In this document: positions 49,478 through 60,073 of the stretch, one piece after another | How positions within the stretch are numbered: position 1 is the stretch's first letter | How the letters are laid out: every line of letters starts with the position of its first letter | DNA from: Gammaproteobacteria bacterium | GTDB taxonomy: Bacteria > Pseudomonadota > Gammaproteobacteria > UBA4575 | Assembly: GCA_965243395.1 (NCBI GenBank) | Contig: CBDEUS010000001.1 | Location: forward strand, 704,001 to 768,000 | Reading direction: 5' to 3' | Length of the DNA: 64,000 nt | The notes under the pieces: generated by a model | The model's input: only the letters and a program-made list of their open reading frames with translations | Database searches by the model: none | What the model was told of the DNA's origin: nothing | Position numbers and translations under genes: made by a program

Positions 49478-49933
49478 ATGAAGGATGGTTATATGTCTTC
49501 AAAAGCAACAGCTTTATTAATCGGTGGATTTTTACCTGCGTTTATTTATGGCGCGTCAGCTATTTTCCAAAAATTCAGTACAAGCGCAGGTATAAGTATT
49601 TCAACGTATCTTGTAGCAGTCGGGATAGGGGTTGCAATCGCAGGATTAGGTTTTTATTTGTTTGACAATACGGTCCCTTTTTCAATAAAAGCTAGCTCAT
49701 ATGCAGGTTTATTTGGGTTCACATGGGGGATAGCAAGCGGATTAGTAGCCTATTCACTTCTTCATTTTAATATACCAATTTCTCAACTGGTTCCTCTATA
49801 CAATATGAACACCTTGATTGCTGTGTTACTCGCATTGGTTATTTTTAGCGAATGGAAAGATTTGCATACCGTAAAATTATTAGCTGGTAGTATGTTAATC
49901 GTAATTGGTGCTATTTTTGTAGCAAATGCTTAA
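49478..49933 (+). CDS. Small DMT/EamA-like membrane protein
   Basis: About five TMs; ISQLVPLYNMNTLIAV.L motif; possible start at ATG 49493. Confidence 0.7.
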   Translation: MKDGYMSSKATALLIGGFLPAFIYGASAIFQKFSTSAGISISTYLVAVGIGVAIAGLGFYLFDNTVPFSIKASSYAGLFGFTWGIASGLVAYSLLHFNIPISQLVPLYNMNTLIAVLLALVIFSEWKDLHTVKLLAGSMLIVIGAIFVANA

Positions 49934-50008
49934 ATAAGTATGCCCGCTATCAGTCGGTAGAAATTAAAAGTATCAACTGTCTTTAAAATTCTTGGATCAT
50001 CTATGCGT

Positions 50009-50671
50009 TTATTCTTCTATAGGTCTAATTTCTATAAGAATTCCAAGATAAGGGTGATCAATATAATGTAGTGTTTTGCTACGCATTTTGCGATGAGACT
50101 TGATAGGGAAGTCTGCTAACACACGATTCCGACCTAATGCATCCCCAGAAGAAATCGTAAATGTTTTTCTATAGACTAAATCTGTATATAGGTGTAAGAA
50201 GCGCCCGAGGACAATTTTAACCGTACCATCTAATTCATTTACTGGATGGTTAATAGGAATTTGCTGATCACTAAAACTTGCTTGTGCAAACGATCTTTCT
50301 TTAAATTCATCTTTATAATTTTTCCCTGCATGTATACGTACAGCAATTGCATCTTCTTTAGCAAGCCCAGGTTGCAACCATGCTATGTGTTTTAGAACTC
50401 TATAGTTACCAGAGTTGTTCAAAGCTTTGGCTTTGCCGCTAAGTTGAAAGATATCGGCATCTAAGGATATGAAACCATTAGAACTGGATTCATTTAGAAC
50501 CATTGCACCTTGCAAATCAGGAATTACGGCTCGATTGGAAATATGCACAGATTCACTACCACCTTGTAAGTTCGCGAAAAAAATCATTTCAACAATATAA
50601 TCCTTGCCGAAAGCGCTTTGTGAAGCAATAAAAGCAATAAAAATCAGAAGTATTTTAATTGAATAGCGCAT
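50009..50671 (-). CDS. CsiV-family periplasmic protein
   Basis: Signal peptide; Y.VE.I.F, H.AW.QP, LDGT......RFLH and RKMRS...HYIDHP motifs; directly downstream of mfd. Confidence 0.82.
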   Translation of the reverse strand: MRYSIKILLIFIAFIASQSAFGKDYIVEMIFFANLQGGSESVHISNRAVIPDLQGAMVLNESSSNGFISLDADIFQLSGKAKALNNSGNYRVLKHIAWLQPGLAKEDAIAVRIHAGKNYKDEFKERSFAQASFSDQQIPINHPVNELDGTVKIVLGRFLHLYTDLVYRKTFTISSGDALGRNRVLADFPIKSHRKMRSKTLHYIDHPYLGILIEIRPIEE

Positions 50672-50678
50672 ATTTAGG

Positions 50679-53600
50679 TTAAGCAGCTTGTTTTAGTTGT
50701 AGATCATTTAATAGATTCACAATTGTGTCAATTCGTTCCTCAATATTCTCTGTTTCTGTGTAAATTGTTAGTTTTTCAGAGCCATCAAGCTTATAGGTCT
50801 CGGGTTGCTCCAGAATTAATTCTAATATTTTTGTGGTATCAATATTTGGTGATTTGCCAAAGTGAATGCGTGCTGTTTCATGGCTCATTTCTATCCTGGA
50901 AACTCCAAAATCACTTGCTAACAGTTTAAGATGAGTAACGCGGAATAGGTTTTTAGCAAATTCTGGTAACAATCCATATCGATCAATTAGTTCAATTTCT
51001 AAATCATCCAGATCATCATCGCTCTTGGCGCTGGCAATGCGTTTATACATTACCAACCTGGCATGTATGTCAGGTAAATAATCGTCTGGTATCAAAGCCG
51101 GGACGCCGAGATTTACTTCAATTCCATGGTCCATAGGCTGGTCGAGATCAGGTATTTCTCCTGCTTTCAGTGCTTCAACGGCTCTGGCCAGAAGTTCATT
51201 ATATAAAGTGAAACCTACTTCATGAATTTGACCACTTTGCTCAGCACCTAATAGCTCTCCCGCACCCCGAATTTCAAGGTCATGTGTTGCGAGAGTGAAG
51301 CCCACACCTAAATCTTCTAACGATTCAATTGCCTCAAGACGTTTAACTGCGTCTGCTGTCATGGCTGGTTTGGGGGGAGCAATGAGATAGGCATATGCAC
51401 GGTGATGAGAGCGGCCGACACGACCACGGATCTGGTGCAATTGTGAAAGGCCTAGCTTATCTGCGCGATTGATAATTATAGTATTCGCTGTTGGGATATC
51501 GATTCCGTTTTCAATAATAGTTGTGCAAACTAAAATGCTGAAACGTTGATGATAAAAGTCAAGCATCACTTGTTCTAGTTCTCGTTCAGGCATTTGTCCG
51601 TGTGCGATACGAATTGTGTTATCAGGTAAAAGTTGTTGAATATCTTTAGCTACTTTTTCAATTGTTTTAACTTCATTATGTAAGAAAAATACTTGCCCGC
51701 CTCGTTTCATTTCGCGCATACAGGCTTCTTGAATCATGGTGTTATTCCAGGTACCTACAAATGTTTTAATTGCAAGACGTAGATTAGGAGGTGTAGCAAT
51801 AATTGACAGATCACGTAAACCACTCAATGACATGTTTAAAGTTCTCGGAATAGGAGTTGCTGTTAAAGTTAACACGTCAACTTCGGTGCGCATTTTCTTT
51901 AAAATTTCTTTTTGACGAACTCCAAAACGTTGTTCTTCGTCAACAACAATAAGTCCTAAATTTTTAAACTTAATGGCAGAATTAAAAAGTTTATGTGTAC
52001 CAATGACAATATCGACACTGCCTTTTTCTAATCCTGCTAATACTTCTTTTTGTTTTTTTGCTGGTACAAATCTGGATAAAGTTTCTATTTGTATAGGTAA
52101 ATCTGCAAAGCGATCATTAAAGCTTTGAAAATGTTGTGAGCTTAAAAGAGTAGTGGGTACTAATACAGCAACTTGTTTACCAGCATTAGCTGCTATAAAT
52201 GCTGCACGCATCGCCACTTCAGTTTTGCCAAAACCCACATCACCACATACTACGCGATCCATCGGACGAGAAGATTCCATATCACTCATTACGTCTTCAA
52301 TTGCTTTTAGCTGATCAGGAGTTTCTTCATAGGGGAAGCTGTTGCTAAATGCATTGAACTCAATGGCATCTATTTTATAAATAAAGCCTTGTTTGGCTTC
52401 GCGTCTTGAATAAATATCTAACAACTCTGCCGCTACATCACGCGCACGTTTTGCTGCACGGCGTTTTATGTTTCTCCAGGCATCTCCGCCTAAGTGATGT
52501 AAGGGTGCATTCTCTTCAGATGCTCCACTGTACCTGCTAACCAAATGCAATGACGACACGGGCACATACAAAATATCGCCATCTGCATATTCAAGAATAA
52601 GAAATTCGGTATCTGTGCCACTTAAGCTAAGCGTTTTTAATCCTTTGTAGCGACCCACGCCATGATCTTCGTGTACAACCGGAGAACCTTCACTCAGGTC
52701 AGATAAGTTTTTGATTAGAGATTCGGCATCGCGTATCTGTCTGCGGCGACGTCTCTTTTGCTTTGCTTTGGCACCGAATAAATTACTTTCAGAAATTATG
52801 GCAATATTTTCTTGCTCTAGTAACAGACCATCATCGATTGGTCCAATAGTAATGGCCAACGAAAAATTATTTTCAAGAAATTCATTCCATGAGTCGACGA
52901 TAGTTGGCGTTATATTAAAACCTTTAAGGACATCCAAGATGTATTCACGTCGACCTGCTGATTCAGCTAAAAATAATATTTTTTTATTGCTCGACTGGAT
53001 GAAACGTAACAGCTCGCTTGCGGGATCTTTGATTCTCGAATTAATAGTAAGAGTAGGTAGGGCGTGAGCATCAAAGTTGTATTGATCACGGTGTAATTGT
53101 TCTATTTCATATTGTTGAATTTTAATCGTATTGAATTTATAAAGATTCTTTTCAAAAAAATCTGTCGAAATCCAAAGTTGTTTTGGGTGAAGAGGAGGTC
53201 TTTCTAAATCGTATTTTCGTTGTTCGTATCTGTAGAAAACATCGTTTTCAAAATCTGTGGCAATATCCGGAATATCTTCGATCATTACTAATTGAGTGTT
53301 CTCTGGAATGTAATCAAAGAAGGTGCTTGTTTCTTCGCAGAACAATGGCAGGTAATATTCAATGCCAGCAGGGAGATTATTGTTACTAACCCCACGGTAA
53401 ATCACACTTTTGTTGGGATCGCCTTCAAACTGAATACGGTAATTTTGTCTAAATCTTTTGACGGCATCGTCGTCGGTTGGAAATTCGCGTGCAGGTAAAA
53501 CCTGAAATTCGTTTATTTTTTCTATAGAAACTTGTGTTTCTGGATTGAATATACGAATTGTTTCGATTTCATCATCAAACAAATCAATTCGATAGGGTTG

Positions 53601-54134
53601 GTTAGATCCCATTGGAAACAAATCAATGATTGAACCGCGCACGGCAAATTCGCCATGACTCATTACTTGAGATACGTATTGATAACCTGCCTTGGCAAGT
53701 GTTTGTTTGAAGGTTTCTAAGTGAAGCTGATCATTTACTTTTAGATCTAATGTCTGACCTAATATGAAGTCTTTTGAAGCCAGTCGGGATAATATAGTGC
53801 CTGCAGATATAATAAGTGCACCTTGTTGAGTGTTCGGTAATGCACTTAGAGCCAGAATACGGTCAGAAATAATATCCTCATGCGGTGAAAAAACATCATA
53901 AGCGAGTGTTTCAGTATCAGGAAAAAGGTAAACATCTATTTTTTGATCACAAAAAAACTTTAATTCACTTTCCAGTATGTGCGCGCTTTGAATATCAGGT
54001 GCAATAATCAAGGTGAGCCCCATAAATTGCTCAATCGCTTTTGCGAGCGCTAAACCTTTGCTGCATCCATAAGTGCGTCCCCAAGTTACATGGGAATGCT
54101 CTTTACAAGGAAGAGGTGGGTTAAAAATACTCAT
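50679..54134 (-). CDS. mfd: Transcription-repair coupling factor
   Basis: UvrB-like N-terminus, CarD-like RID, GDVGFGKT, DEEQRFGV, TATPIPRT and TRCF domain. Confidence 0.98.
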   Translation of the reverse strand: MSIFNPPLPCKEHSHVTWGRTYGCSKGLALAKAIEQFMGLTLIIAPDIQSAHILESELKFFCDQKIDVYLFPDTETLAYDVFSPHEDIISDRILALSALPNTQQGALIISAGTILSRLASKDFILGQTLDLKVNDQLHLETFKQTLAKAGYQYVSQVMSHGEFAVRGSIIDLFPMGSNQPYRIDLFDDEIETIRIFNPETQVSIEKINEFQVLPAREFPTDDDAVKRFRQNYRIQFEGDPNKSVIYRGVSNNNLPAGIEYYLPLFCEETSTFFDYIPENTQLVMIEDIPDIATDFENDVFYRYEQRKYDLERPPLHPKQLWISTDFFEKNLYKFNTIKIQQYEIEQLHRDQYNFDAHALPTLTINSRIKDPASELLRFIQSSNKKILFLAESAGRREYILDVLKGFNITPTIVDSWNEFLENNFSLAITIGPIDDGLLLEQENIAIISESNLFGAKAKQKRRRRRQIRDAESLIKNLSDLSEGSPVVHEDHGVGRYKGLKTLSLSGTDTEFLILEYADGDILYVPVSSLHLVSRYSGASEENAPLHHLGGDAWRNIKRRAAKRARDVAAELLDIYSRREAKQGFIYKIDAIEFNAFSNSFPYEETPDQLKAIEDVMSDMESSRPMDRVVCGDVGFGKTEVAMRAAFIAANAGKQVAVLVPTTLLSSQHFQSFNDRFADLPIQIETLSRFVPAKKQKEVLAGLEKGSVDIVIGTHKLFNSAIKFKNLGLIVVDEEQRFGVRQKEILKKMRTEVDVLTLTATPIPRTLNMSLSGLRDLSIIATPPNLRLAIKTFVGTWNNTMIQEACMREMKRGGQVFFLHNEVKTIEKVAKDIQQLLPDNTIRIAHGQMPERELEQVMLDFYHQRFSILVCTTIIENGIDIPTANTIIINRADKLGLSQLHQIRGRVGRSHHRAYAYLIAPPKPAMTADAVKRLEAIESLEDLGVGFTLATHDLEIRGAGELLGAEQSGQIHEVGFTLYNELLARAVEALKAGEIPDLDQPMDHGIEVNLGVPALIPDDYLPDIHARLVMYKRIASAKSDDDLDDLEIELIDRYGLLPEFAKNLFRVTHLKLLASDFGVSRIEMSHETARIHFGKSPNIDTTKILELILEQPETYKLDGSEKLTIYTETENIEERIDTIVNLLNDLQLKQAA

Positions 54135-54383
54135 ATTGTGCTGGACAACTTAAGAATAAAGTTTGGCTAAATTGGGCGGCTATGGGCTAAAAGGCACGAC
54201 ATTCTACTCATTGTACGAATAGGCTTAAACCTTGAATTTGCAGTAAATAATCTTCCATGCTGATCGCCTATCATCGACCTAAGGCTATCATTCGTCGCTT
54301 CTAAGCCGCCACGTGTTAAGATCTCTGTGTAATTAATGAGTTACCCATCTTAACCTATATTTTTCCTTAACTATTAGAAAGCT

Positions 54384-55022
54384 ATGCGCACAGAGGAGGT
54401 AAGCGTACTCAGGGCACTTGATTTGAAGTGTGTAAAGGGCAGTACAGAACTATTCTCCGATATTCATTTCCAAATTGAATCGGGTGAAGCTTTAGTTGTA
54501 GAAGGCAGTAATGGCAGTGGTAAAACCAGCCTGTTAAGGATTCTGTGTGGTTTTAATTATCCTGCAGAAGGCGAAATAAGCTGGTGCGGAAAACCAATAG
54601 ATGGGCATGAAGATTATCAGCAGCAAATTTCGTATATAGGGCATGCTTCCGGAGTTAAGTTAGATTTAACAGTCTTAGAGAATTTGATGTTTGCGCAGCG
54701 ATTAGTGGGTTCTGATCGAGAAGAGAGTGAAGTTAAAAACATAATTCGTTCTGTCGGACTGTTTAAGCAACGTAATGTGTTGACACGAAAGCTATCTGCA
54801 GGCCAAAAACGTAGAGTGGCATTGGCACGCTTACAGTTGGAAGAAAGGAAACTATGGATTTTAGATGAACCCCTTACTGCTTTAGATAAAGATTTTGTAA
54901 CTGATTTTGAAAACGTTTTGAAAAAACATTTAGAAGATAACGGCATGTTAGTGGTAACCACACATCGTGAGTTATTACTTCCCGATGCTCTAACGAAGCG
55001 AATTAAATTATCTACATCATAA
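54384..55022 (+). CDS. ccmA: Heme export ABC ATPase
   Basis: GSNGSGKT, LSAGQKRR and WILDEP motifs. Confidence 0.95.
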   Translation: MRTEEVSVLRALDLKCVKGSTELFSDIHFQIESGEALVVEGSNGSGKTSLLRILCGFNYPAEGEISWCGKPIDGHEDYQQQISYIGHASGVKLDLTVLENLMFAQRLVGSDREESEVKNIIRSVGLFKQRNVLTRKLSAGQKRRVALARLQLEERKLWILDEPLTALDKDFVTDFENVLKKHLEDNGMLVVTTHRELLLPDALTKRIKLSTS

Positions 55023-55025
55023 ACA

Positions 55026-55694
55026 ATGTTAAGTGCACTTATAACTATTATCAGACGCGACTTGCTTGTAGCATTCAGGCGTCGTGCAGAATTAGTCAAC
55101 CCAATTCTATTTTATGTAATTGTTATAACATTATTTCCATTGGGCGTGAGCCCTGATCATGAGTTTCTCAGTAAGCTTGCACCCGGTGTTGTATGGGTAG
55201 CCGCTTTACTTGCAGCACTTATTTCGATGGAAAGTATATTTCGCCAGGATTTTGATGACGGGAGTGTTGAGCAATTGTTTTTAAGTCAACATCCGCCCAC
55301 TTTATTGATATTAGGAAAGGTTATCGCACATTGGTTGATTACGGGCCTACCTATGTTGGTGATTGTGCCCCTTATGGCTTTACTCTTATATATACCTGAA
55401 CAAGCTATTCCTACTTTATTCTTCACTGTATTAATCGGCACACCGATACTCAGCTTAATTGGCGCTATTGGGGTTGCGCTTACAGCGGGATTGCGCGGTG
55501 GAGGTGTACTGTTGGGCTTATTAGTATTGCCACTATATATACCCGTTTTGATTTTTGCCTCTGCTGCTGTGAGTACTGCGATAGAAGGATTGCCATCTTC
55601 TGGACATTTAGCAATGCTGGGGTCAGGTTTAATTCTGGCACTTATATTAGCTCCGCTTGCTATTAGTGCTTCATTAAAAATTAGTATGAATTAG
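55026..55694 (+). CDS. ccmB: Heme exporter protein B
   Basis: F..DFDDGS.E and LVLPLYIPVLIF motifs. Confidence 0.95.
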   Translation: MLSALITIIRRDLLVAFRRRAELVNPILFYVIVITLFPLGVSPDHEFLSKLAPGVVWVAALLAALISMESIFRQDFDDGSVEQLFLSQHPPTLLILGKVIAHWLITGLPMLVIVPLMALLLYIPEQAIPTLFFTVLIGTPILSLIGAIGVALTAGLRGGGVLLGLLVLPLYIPVLIFASAAVSTAIEGLPSSGHLAMLGSGLILALILAPLAISASLKISMN

Positions 55695-55696
55695 TT

Positions 55697-56434
55697 ATGT
55701 GGGCATGGTTTCATAAATTATCTTCGCCAAAGTACTACTACGAGTGGGCAGGCAAATGGCTGCCATGGTTGTCCAGCATAACCGTTATCTTAATGGTTGT
55801 TGGTCTTTATTGGGGATTGGTGATTGCACCCACGGATTATCAGCAGGGTGAGTCTTACAGGATCATCTATATACATGTGCCCGCGGCATGGATGTCTATG
55901 TTTGTTTACGTGGTTATGGCTGTTGCTGGATTTGTAGCTTTGGTATGGAAAACAAAAATTTCAGAAATCGTCGTGTCAGAGTGCGCAGTTATTGGTGCTA
56001 TGTTTACAGCACTAGCACTTATTACAGGAATGTTGTGGGGTAAACCCACATGGGGTACTTATTGGACGTGGGATGCAAGACTTACTTCTGAATTAATTTT
56101 ATTATTTTTGTATTTTGGTGTCATCGCGCTTTATTCCTCTATAGAAGATAAGCGTGTGGCGGCAAAAGCGGCTAGCATGTTAGCTATTGTCGGGGTGGTA
56201 AATATTCCAATCATTCATTATTCCGTAACATGGTGGAATTCTTTGCATCAACCCAATATGGACATTATCTCAGACAAACCCTCTATGGATCCAAGTATGT
56301 TGTGGCCACTATTGGTTATGGCTACTGCATTTAAAATTTATTTTGTTTGGTTGTTATTCATTCGTATTCGAAATGAGATTATTTCTCGAGAACGCTCTAC
56401 TAATTGGGTCAGAAAGTTAATTGCGGAGAGTTAA
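55697..56434 (+). CDS. ccmC: Heme exporter protein C
   Basis: WGKPTWGTYWTWDARLT WWD motif. Confidence 0.96.
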   Translation: MWAWFHKLSSPKYYYEWAGKWLPWLSSITVILMVVGLYWGLVIAPTDYQQGESYRIIYIHVPAAWMSMFVYVVMAVAGFVALVWKTKISEIVVSECAVIGAMFTALALITGMLWGKPTWGTYWTWDARLTSELILLFLYFGVIALYSSIEDKRVAAKAASMLAIVGVVNIPIIHYSVTWWNSLHQPNMDIISDKPSMDPSMLWPLLVMATAFKIYFVWLLFIRIRNEIISRERSTNWVRKLIAES

Positions 56435-56436
56435 TT

Positions 56437-56586
56437 ATGCAAGAATTTTTCTACATGGATGGTAAATGGATGTTTGTATGGGGTTCTTATGGAATTACAT
56501 TTGTGGCGATGGTGTTCAGCATTGTTTTTGCCAGTCGTCGCAAGAAACAACTTGCTAGAGAAATTGAAGAGAGTCTTGAAGAATAG
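56437..56586 (+). CDS. ccmD: Heme exporter protein D
   Basis: FF.MDG...FVWGSYG, one TM and a basic tail; ATG 56437. Confidence 0.88.
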   Translation: MQEFFYMDGKWMFVWGSYGITFVAMVFSIVFASRRKKQLAREIEESLEE

Positions 56587-56597
56587 GAATTATTTTA

Positions 56598-57059
56598 ATG
56601 AGAGCGAAAAGAAAACAACGTTTAATATTTGTCACTATTCTCTTACTTGGATTCAGTGCGGCAACAGCACTTGGAGTTTATGCTATACAAAAAAATAAAA
56701 CCTACTTTCATACCCCGGCAGAATTTGCTGCAGGAACTGTTCCTCAAGATCAACTTATTAGAGTAGGTGGCCTGGTGGTAGAAGGAAGTGTGAATCGTTT
56801 TAATGATGGCGTTACAACTGAATTTGATTTAACGGATACTACAGGCACTGTAACTGTGCGTTATAAAGGTCTGCTACCCGATTTATTTAGAGAAGGTCAG
56901 GGCATTGTAGCGCAGGGTAAATTGAATAATGAGGGCATTATTGTTGCTCAAGAAGTTTTAGCTAAACATGATGAAAACTATATGCCGCCTGAGGTTGCAG
57001 AAGCATTGAAAGCTTCAGGTGCTTCACACCCTGAAAACATTCCTAAGAATAACTATTAA
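56598..57059 (+). CDS. ccmE: Heme chaperone
   Basis: LPDLFREGQG and LAKHDENY motifs. Confidence 0.96.
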   Translation: MRAKRKQRLIFVTILLLGFSAATALGVYAIQKNKTYFHTPAEFAAGTVPQDQLIRVGGLVVEGSVNRFNDGVTTEFDLTDTTGTVTVRYKGLLPDLFREGQGIVAQGKLNNEGIIVAQEVLAKHDENYMPPEVAEALKASGASHPENIPKNNY

Positions 57060-57076
57060 TAACACGATCGTCATTT

Positions 57077-59074
57077 ATGATTCCTGAAATTGGACATTTC
57101 GCGTTAGTAATCGCTCTTTGTTTAGCGCTTGTGCAAACAATCGTTCCTATTCTAGGTGCACAAACACAAACCAGCCAATGGATGGCTGTGGCAAAGCCGG
57201 TTGCTCGTGGTCATTTTCTCTTTCTAATTATTTCTTACGCTTGCTTAACTTATAGTTTTATAAAGTCAGATTTTTCAGTTTTGTACGTGGCGAATAATTC
57301 GAATACTGCCTTGCCTATATACTATAAAATTTCTGCTGTTTGGGGTGCACATGAAGGCTCGTTATTGCTTTGGGTGTTAATGTTAGGTGCGTGGACCTAT
57401 GCAGTGACCATTTTTAGTCGTAGCTTGCCAAATGACATGGTGGCACGTGTAATAGGCATCATGGGTTTTGTAAGTGTTGGGTTTCTTTTATTTACATTGC
57501 TTACTTCTAATCCATTTGAAAGAATTTTCCCTGTTCCATTTGAAGGCCGAGATTTAAATCCATTGTTGCAGGACCCAGGGTTAGTTATTCATCCTCCTAT
57601 GCTGTATATGGGATATGTAGGATTCTCAGTCGCCTTTGCATTTGCAATTGCTGCCCTGCTAGGCGGCAAATTGGATTCAGCGTGGGCACGCTGGTCGCGC
57701 CCCTGGGTTACATTTGCTTGGGTTTTCTTAACCATTGGAATCACATTAGGAAGCTGGTGGGCTTATCACGAACTCGGCTGGGGTGGCTGGTGGTTCTGGG
57801 ATCCGGTAGAAAATGCCTCGTTTATGCCTTGGTTAGTTGGCACTGCATTAATTCATTCACTAGCCGTTACGGAGAAACGTTCCAGTTTTAAAAACTGGAC
57901 GGTATTGCTTGCAATATTAGCGTTTTCATTAAGCTTGTTAGGTACTTTCTTGGTTCGCTCGGGTGTCTTGGTATCAGTACATGCGTTTGCAACAGACCCT
58001 GCGCGCGGTGTGTACATCCTAATGTTCCTAGCTGTTGTTATAGGGGGTTCTTTATTGCTGTATGCAATCCGTGCACCAAAAATTAAATCTATTGGACAGT
58101 TTGAGTTAGTGTCACGCGAGACAGCATTGTTACTTAACAATGTGCTCTTGTTGGTAGCCATGTTCACTATCTTAGTGGGCACGTTATATCCATTGTTTTT
58201 AGATGCAATGAATGCTGGGAAAATTTCTGTTGGACCACCATACTTCAATGCAGTGTTTGTACCATTAATGTTGCCATTAGTGTTGGTAGTAGGAGTCGGG
58301 CCTTTTTTGAGATGGAAAAAAGCAACTCTTGCTGACACGTTAAAAAAATTAATTAAAATTTTTATTATTGGGTTAATTATTGGAATTGGATTGCCATTTT
58401 TAATAGCTGGCAAGACATCAATACTTGTTGTCCTAGGTATTACATTAGGAGGTTGGTCTATTTTTTCTGCAGTCTATTATTTACTTAAGAATTTAAAGCG
58501 TAGTGACTCTAAACAGAGTGCAATACAACACCTTAAAAAAATTCCTCGTGCGACTTATGGAATGACGCTAGCGCATATCGGCATAGGAATTTTTGTGTTT
58601 GGTGTTACGTTTGTAAATGCTTTCGAACAGGAAAAAGAATTGCCGATGAAAGTTGGTGAGAAAGTAGAAATGGCAGGCTATGAGTTTAGGTTCAATGGCG
58701 TAAGAACAGTACAAGGACCTAATTATTCATCTAAGATGGGGTCAATAGATGTGTATAAAAACAATAAACCTGTGGCTAAACTTTTCCCTGAAAAGCGTAC
58801 ATATCTGGTACAACAAAACCCTATGACTGAGGCTGGGATTGATAGCGGGTTCTTGAGAGACGTATATGTTTCATTGGGTGAACAAATAAATAATGAAGCA
58901 TGGGGAGTACGTCTGTATTACAAACCTTTTATTCAATGGATTTGGTTGGGTGCAGGTTTGATGGCATTAGGTGGTCTACTTGCCGCACTAGATCGTCGCT
59001 ATCGCCTTAAAATAAAACGTGAGAAGGTGGAGCAATCTGTTAAGAGCAAAGAAGCCGCAATAGCTACTTCTTAA
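57077..59074 (+). CDS. ccmF: Heme lyase CcmF
   Basis: WGGWWFWDPVENAS and HPPMLY motifs. Confidence 0.97.
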   Translation: MIPEIGHFALVIALCLALVQTIVPILGAQTQTSQWMAVAKPVARGHFLFLIISYACLTYSFIKSDFSVLYVANNSNTALPIYYKISAVWGAHEGSLLLWVLMLGAWTYAVTIFSRSLPNDMVARVIGIMGFVSVGFLLFTLLTSNPFERIFPVPFEGRDLNPLLQDPGLVIHPPMLYMGYVGFSVAFAFAIAALLGGKLDSAWARWSRPWVTFAWVFLTIGITLGSWWAYHELGWGGWWFWDPVENASFMPWLVGTALIHSLAVTEKRSSFKNWTVLLAILAFSLSLLGTFLVRSGVLVSVHAFATDPARGVYILMFLAVVIGGSLLLYAIRAPKIKSIGQFELVSRETALLLNNVLLLVAMFTILVGTLYPLFLDAMNAGKISVGPPYFNAVFVPLMLPLVLVVGVGPFLRWKKATLADTLKKLIKIFIIGLIIGIGLPFLIAGKTSILVVLGITLGGWSIFSAVYYLLKNLKRSDSKQSAIQHLKKIPRATYGMTLAHIGIGIFVFGVTFVNAFEQEKELPMKVGEKVEMAGYEFRFNGVRTVQGPNYSSKMGSIDVYKNNKPVAKLFPEKRTYLVQQNPMTEAGIDSGFLRDVYVSLGEQINNEAWGVRLYYKPFIQWIWLGAGLMALGGLLAALDRRYRLKIKREKVEQSVKSKEAAIATS

Positions 59075-59083
59075 AGAATTAAT

Positions 59084-59617
59084 ATGTTCAAGTATCTTCT
59101 TCCGGTTATATTATTTTTTGTGTTATGTGGATTTTTATTTATCGGGCTTTATAAAGATCCATCAAAAGTTGATTCTCCACTAATAGGTAAACCCGCTCCT
59201 GAATTTTCGTTACCAAGGCTTGAACAACCCAATGATCTTATATCTGAAAAAGAATTTCTTGGGAAAGTATCTATATTGAATGTTTGGGGGACTTGGTGCT
59301 TTGCTTGTAAACAAGAACATCATATTTTACTGGATTTGGCAAAAAGAAATGTAGCACCTATATATGGACTTAATTATAAGGATGATACCGAACAGGCAAA
59401 AATGTATTTGCGAGATTTTGGAAATCCTTTTGTGAGTAATGCGGTAGATCAGTCAGGAAGGGTTGCGATTGATTGGGGTGTTTATGGAGCACCCGAGACA
59501 TTCATTTTGGACAAAAAAGGAATTATACGACACAAACACATAGGACCTCTTACTATAGAAGATGTTGAGGGCGAAATACTACCTCTTATTCAAAACTTGA
59601 AAAATGAAGCATCATAG
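59084..59617 (+). CDS. ccmG: Thiol:disulfide oxidoreductase DsbE/CcmG
   Basis: WCFAC and GVYGAPET motifs. Confidence 0.94.
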   Translation: MFKYLLPVILFFVLCGFLFIGLYKDPSKVDSPLIGKPAPEFSLPRLEQPNDLISEKEFLGKVSILNVWGTWCFACKQEHHILLDLAKRNVAPIYGLNYKDDTEQAKMYLRDFGNPFVSNAVDQSGRVAIDWGVYGAPETFILDKKGIIRHKHIGPLTIEDVEGEILPLIQNLKNEAS

Positions 59618-60068
59618 AGTTTGTCAATTCATATTTGCAATAAGCATTGCATTGGCTTTTCAGTTTGCAAGCGCTGAACTGATAACGGTAGCCCCTGAGC
59701 ATGAAGAACGTTACCACGAGTTGTTAAGCGAATTGAGATGTCTGGTGTGTCAAAACCAGACTATTGAAGAATCAAATTCTGAATTGGCCATCGATTTGCG
59801 TTTGGAAGTCAACAAAATGTTGATGCAAGGTGCTACGGATCAAGAAATTATTGATTTTATGGCGGATCGATACGGTGATTTTGTTTTATACAGACCACTT
59901 GTACAGCCTAAGACCTATTTATTATGGTTTGGTCCCTTTGTTTTTTTGGCAATAGTTTTATTGCTTGTATTAATATTTCTGAAAAAACATAAACCTACTT
60001 CGAGCGCACAGCTTTCAGATGATGAAAAACAAAAGCTCGACTCAATATTAAAACAAACTAAAAAATAA
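59604..60068 (+). CDS. ccmH: Cytochrome c biogenesis protein CcmH
   Basis: LRCLVCQNQ and RYGDFVLY.P motifs. Confidence 0.94.
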   Translation: MKHHRVCQFIFAISIALAFQFASAELITVAPEHEERYHELLSELRCLVCQNQTIEESNSELAIDLRLEVNKMLMQGATDQEIIDFMADRYGDFVLYRPLVQPKTYLLWFGPFVFLAIVLLLVLIFLKKHKPTSSAQLSDDEKQKLDSILKQTKK

Positions 60069-60073
60069 ACTAA

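Noticed and set aside
54175-54310. GGCGGCT...AGCCGCC long-range complement in the mfd-ccmA spacer
   Set aside because: A single 7-bp match about 120 nt apart with no supporting internal helices; compatible with chance.
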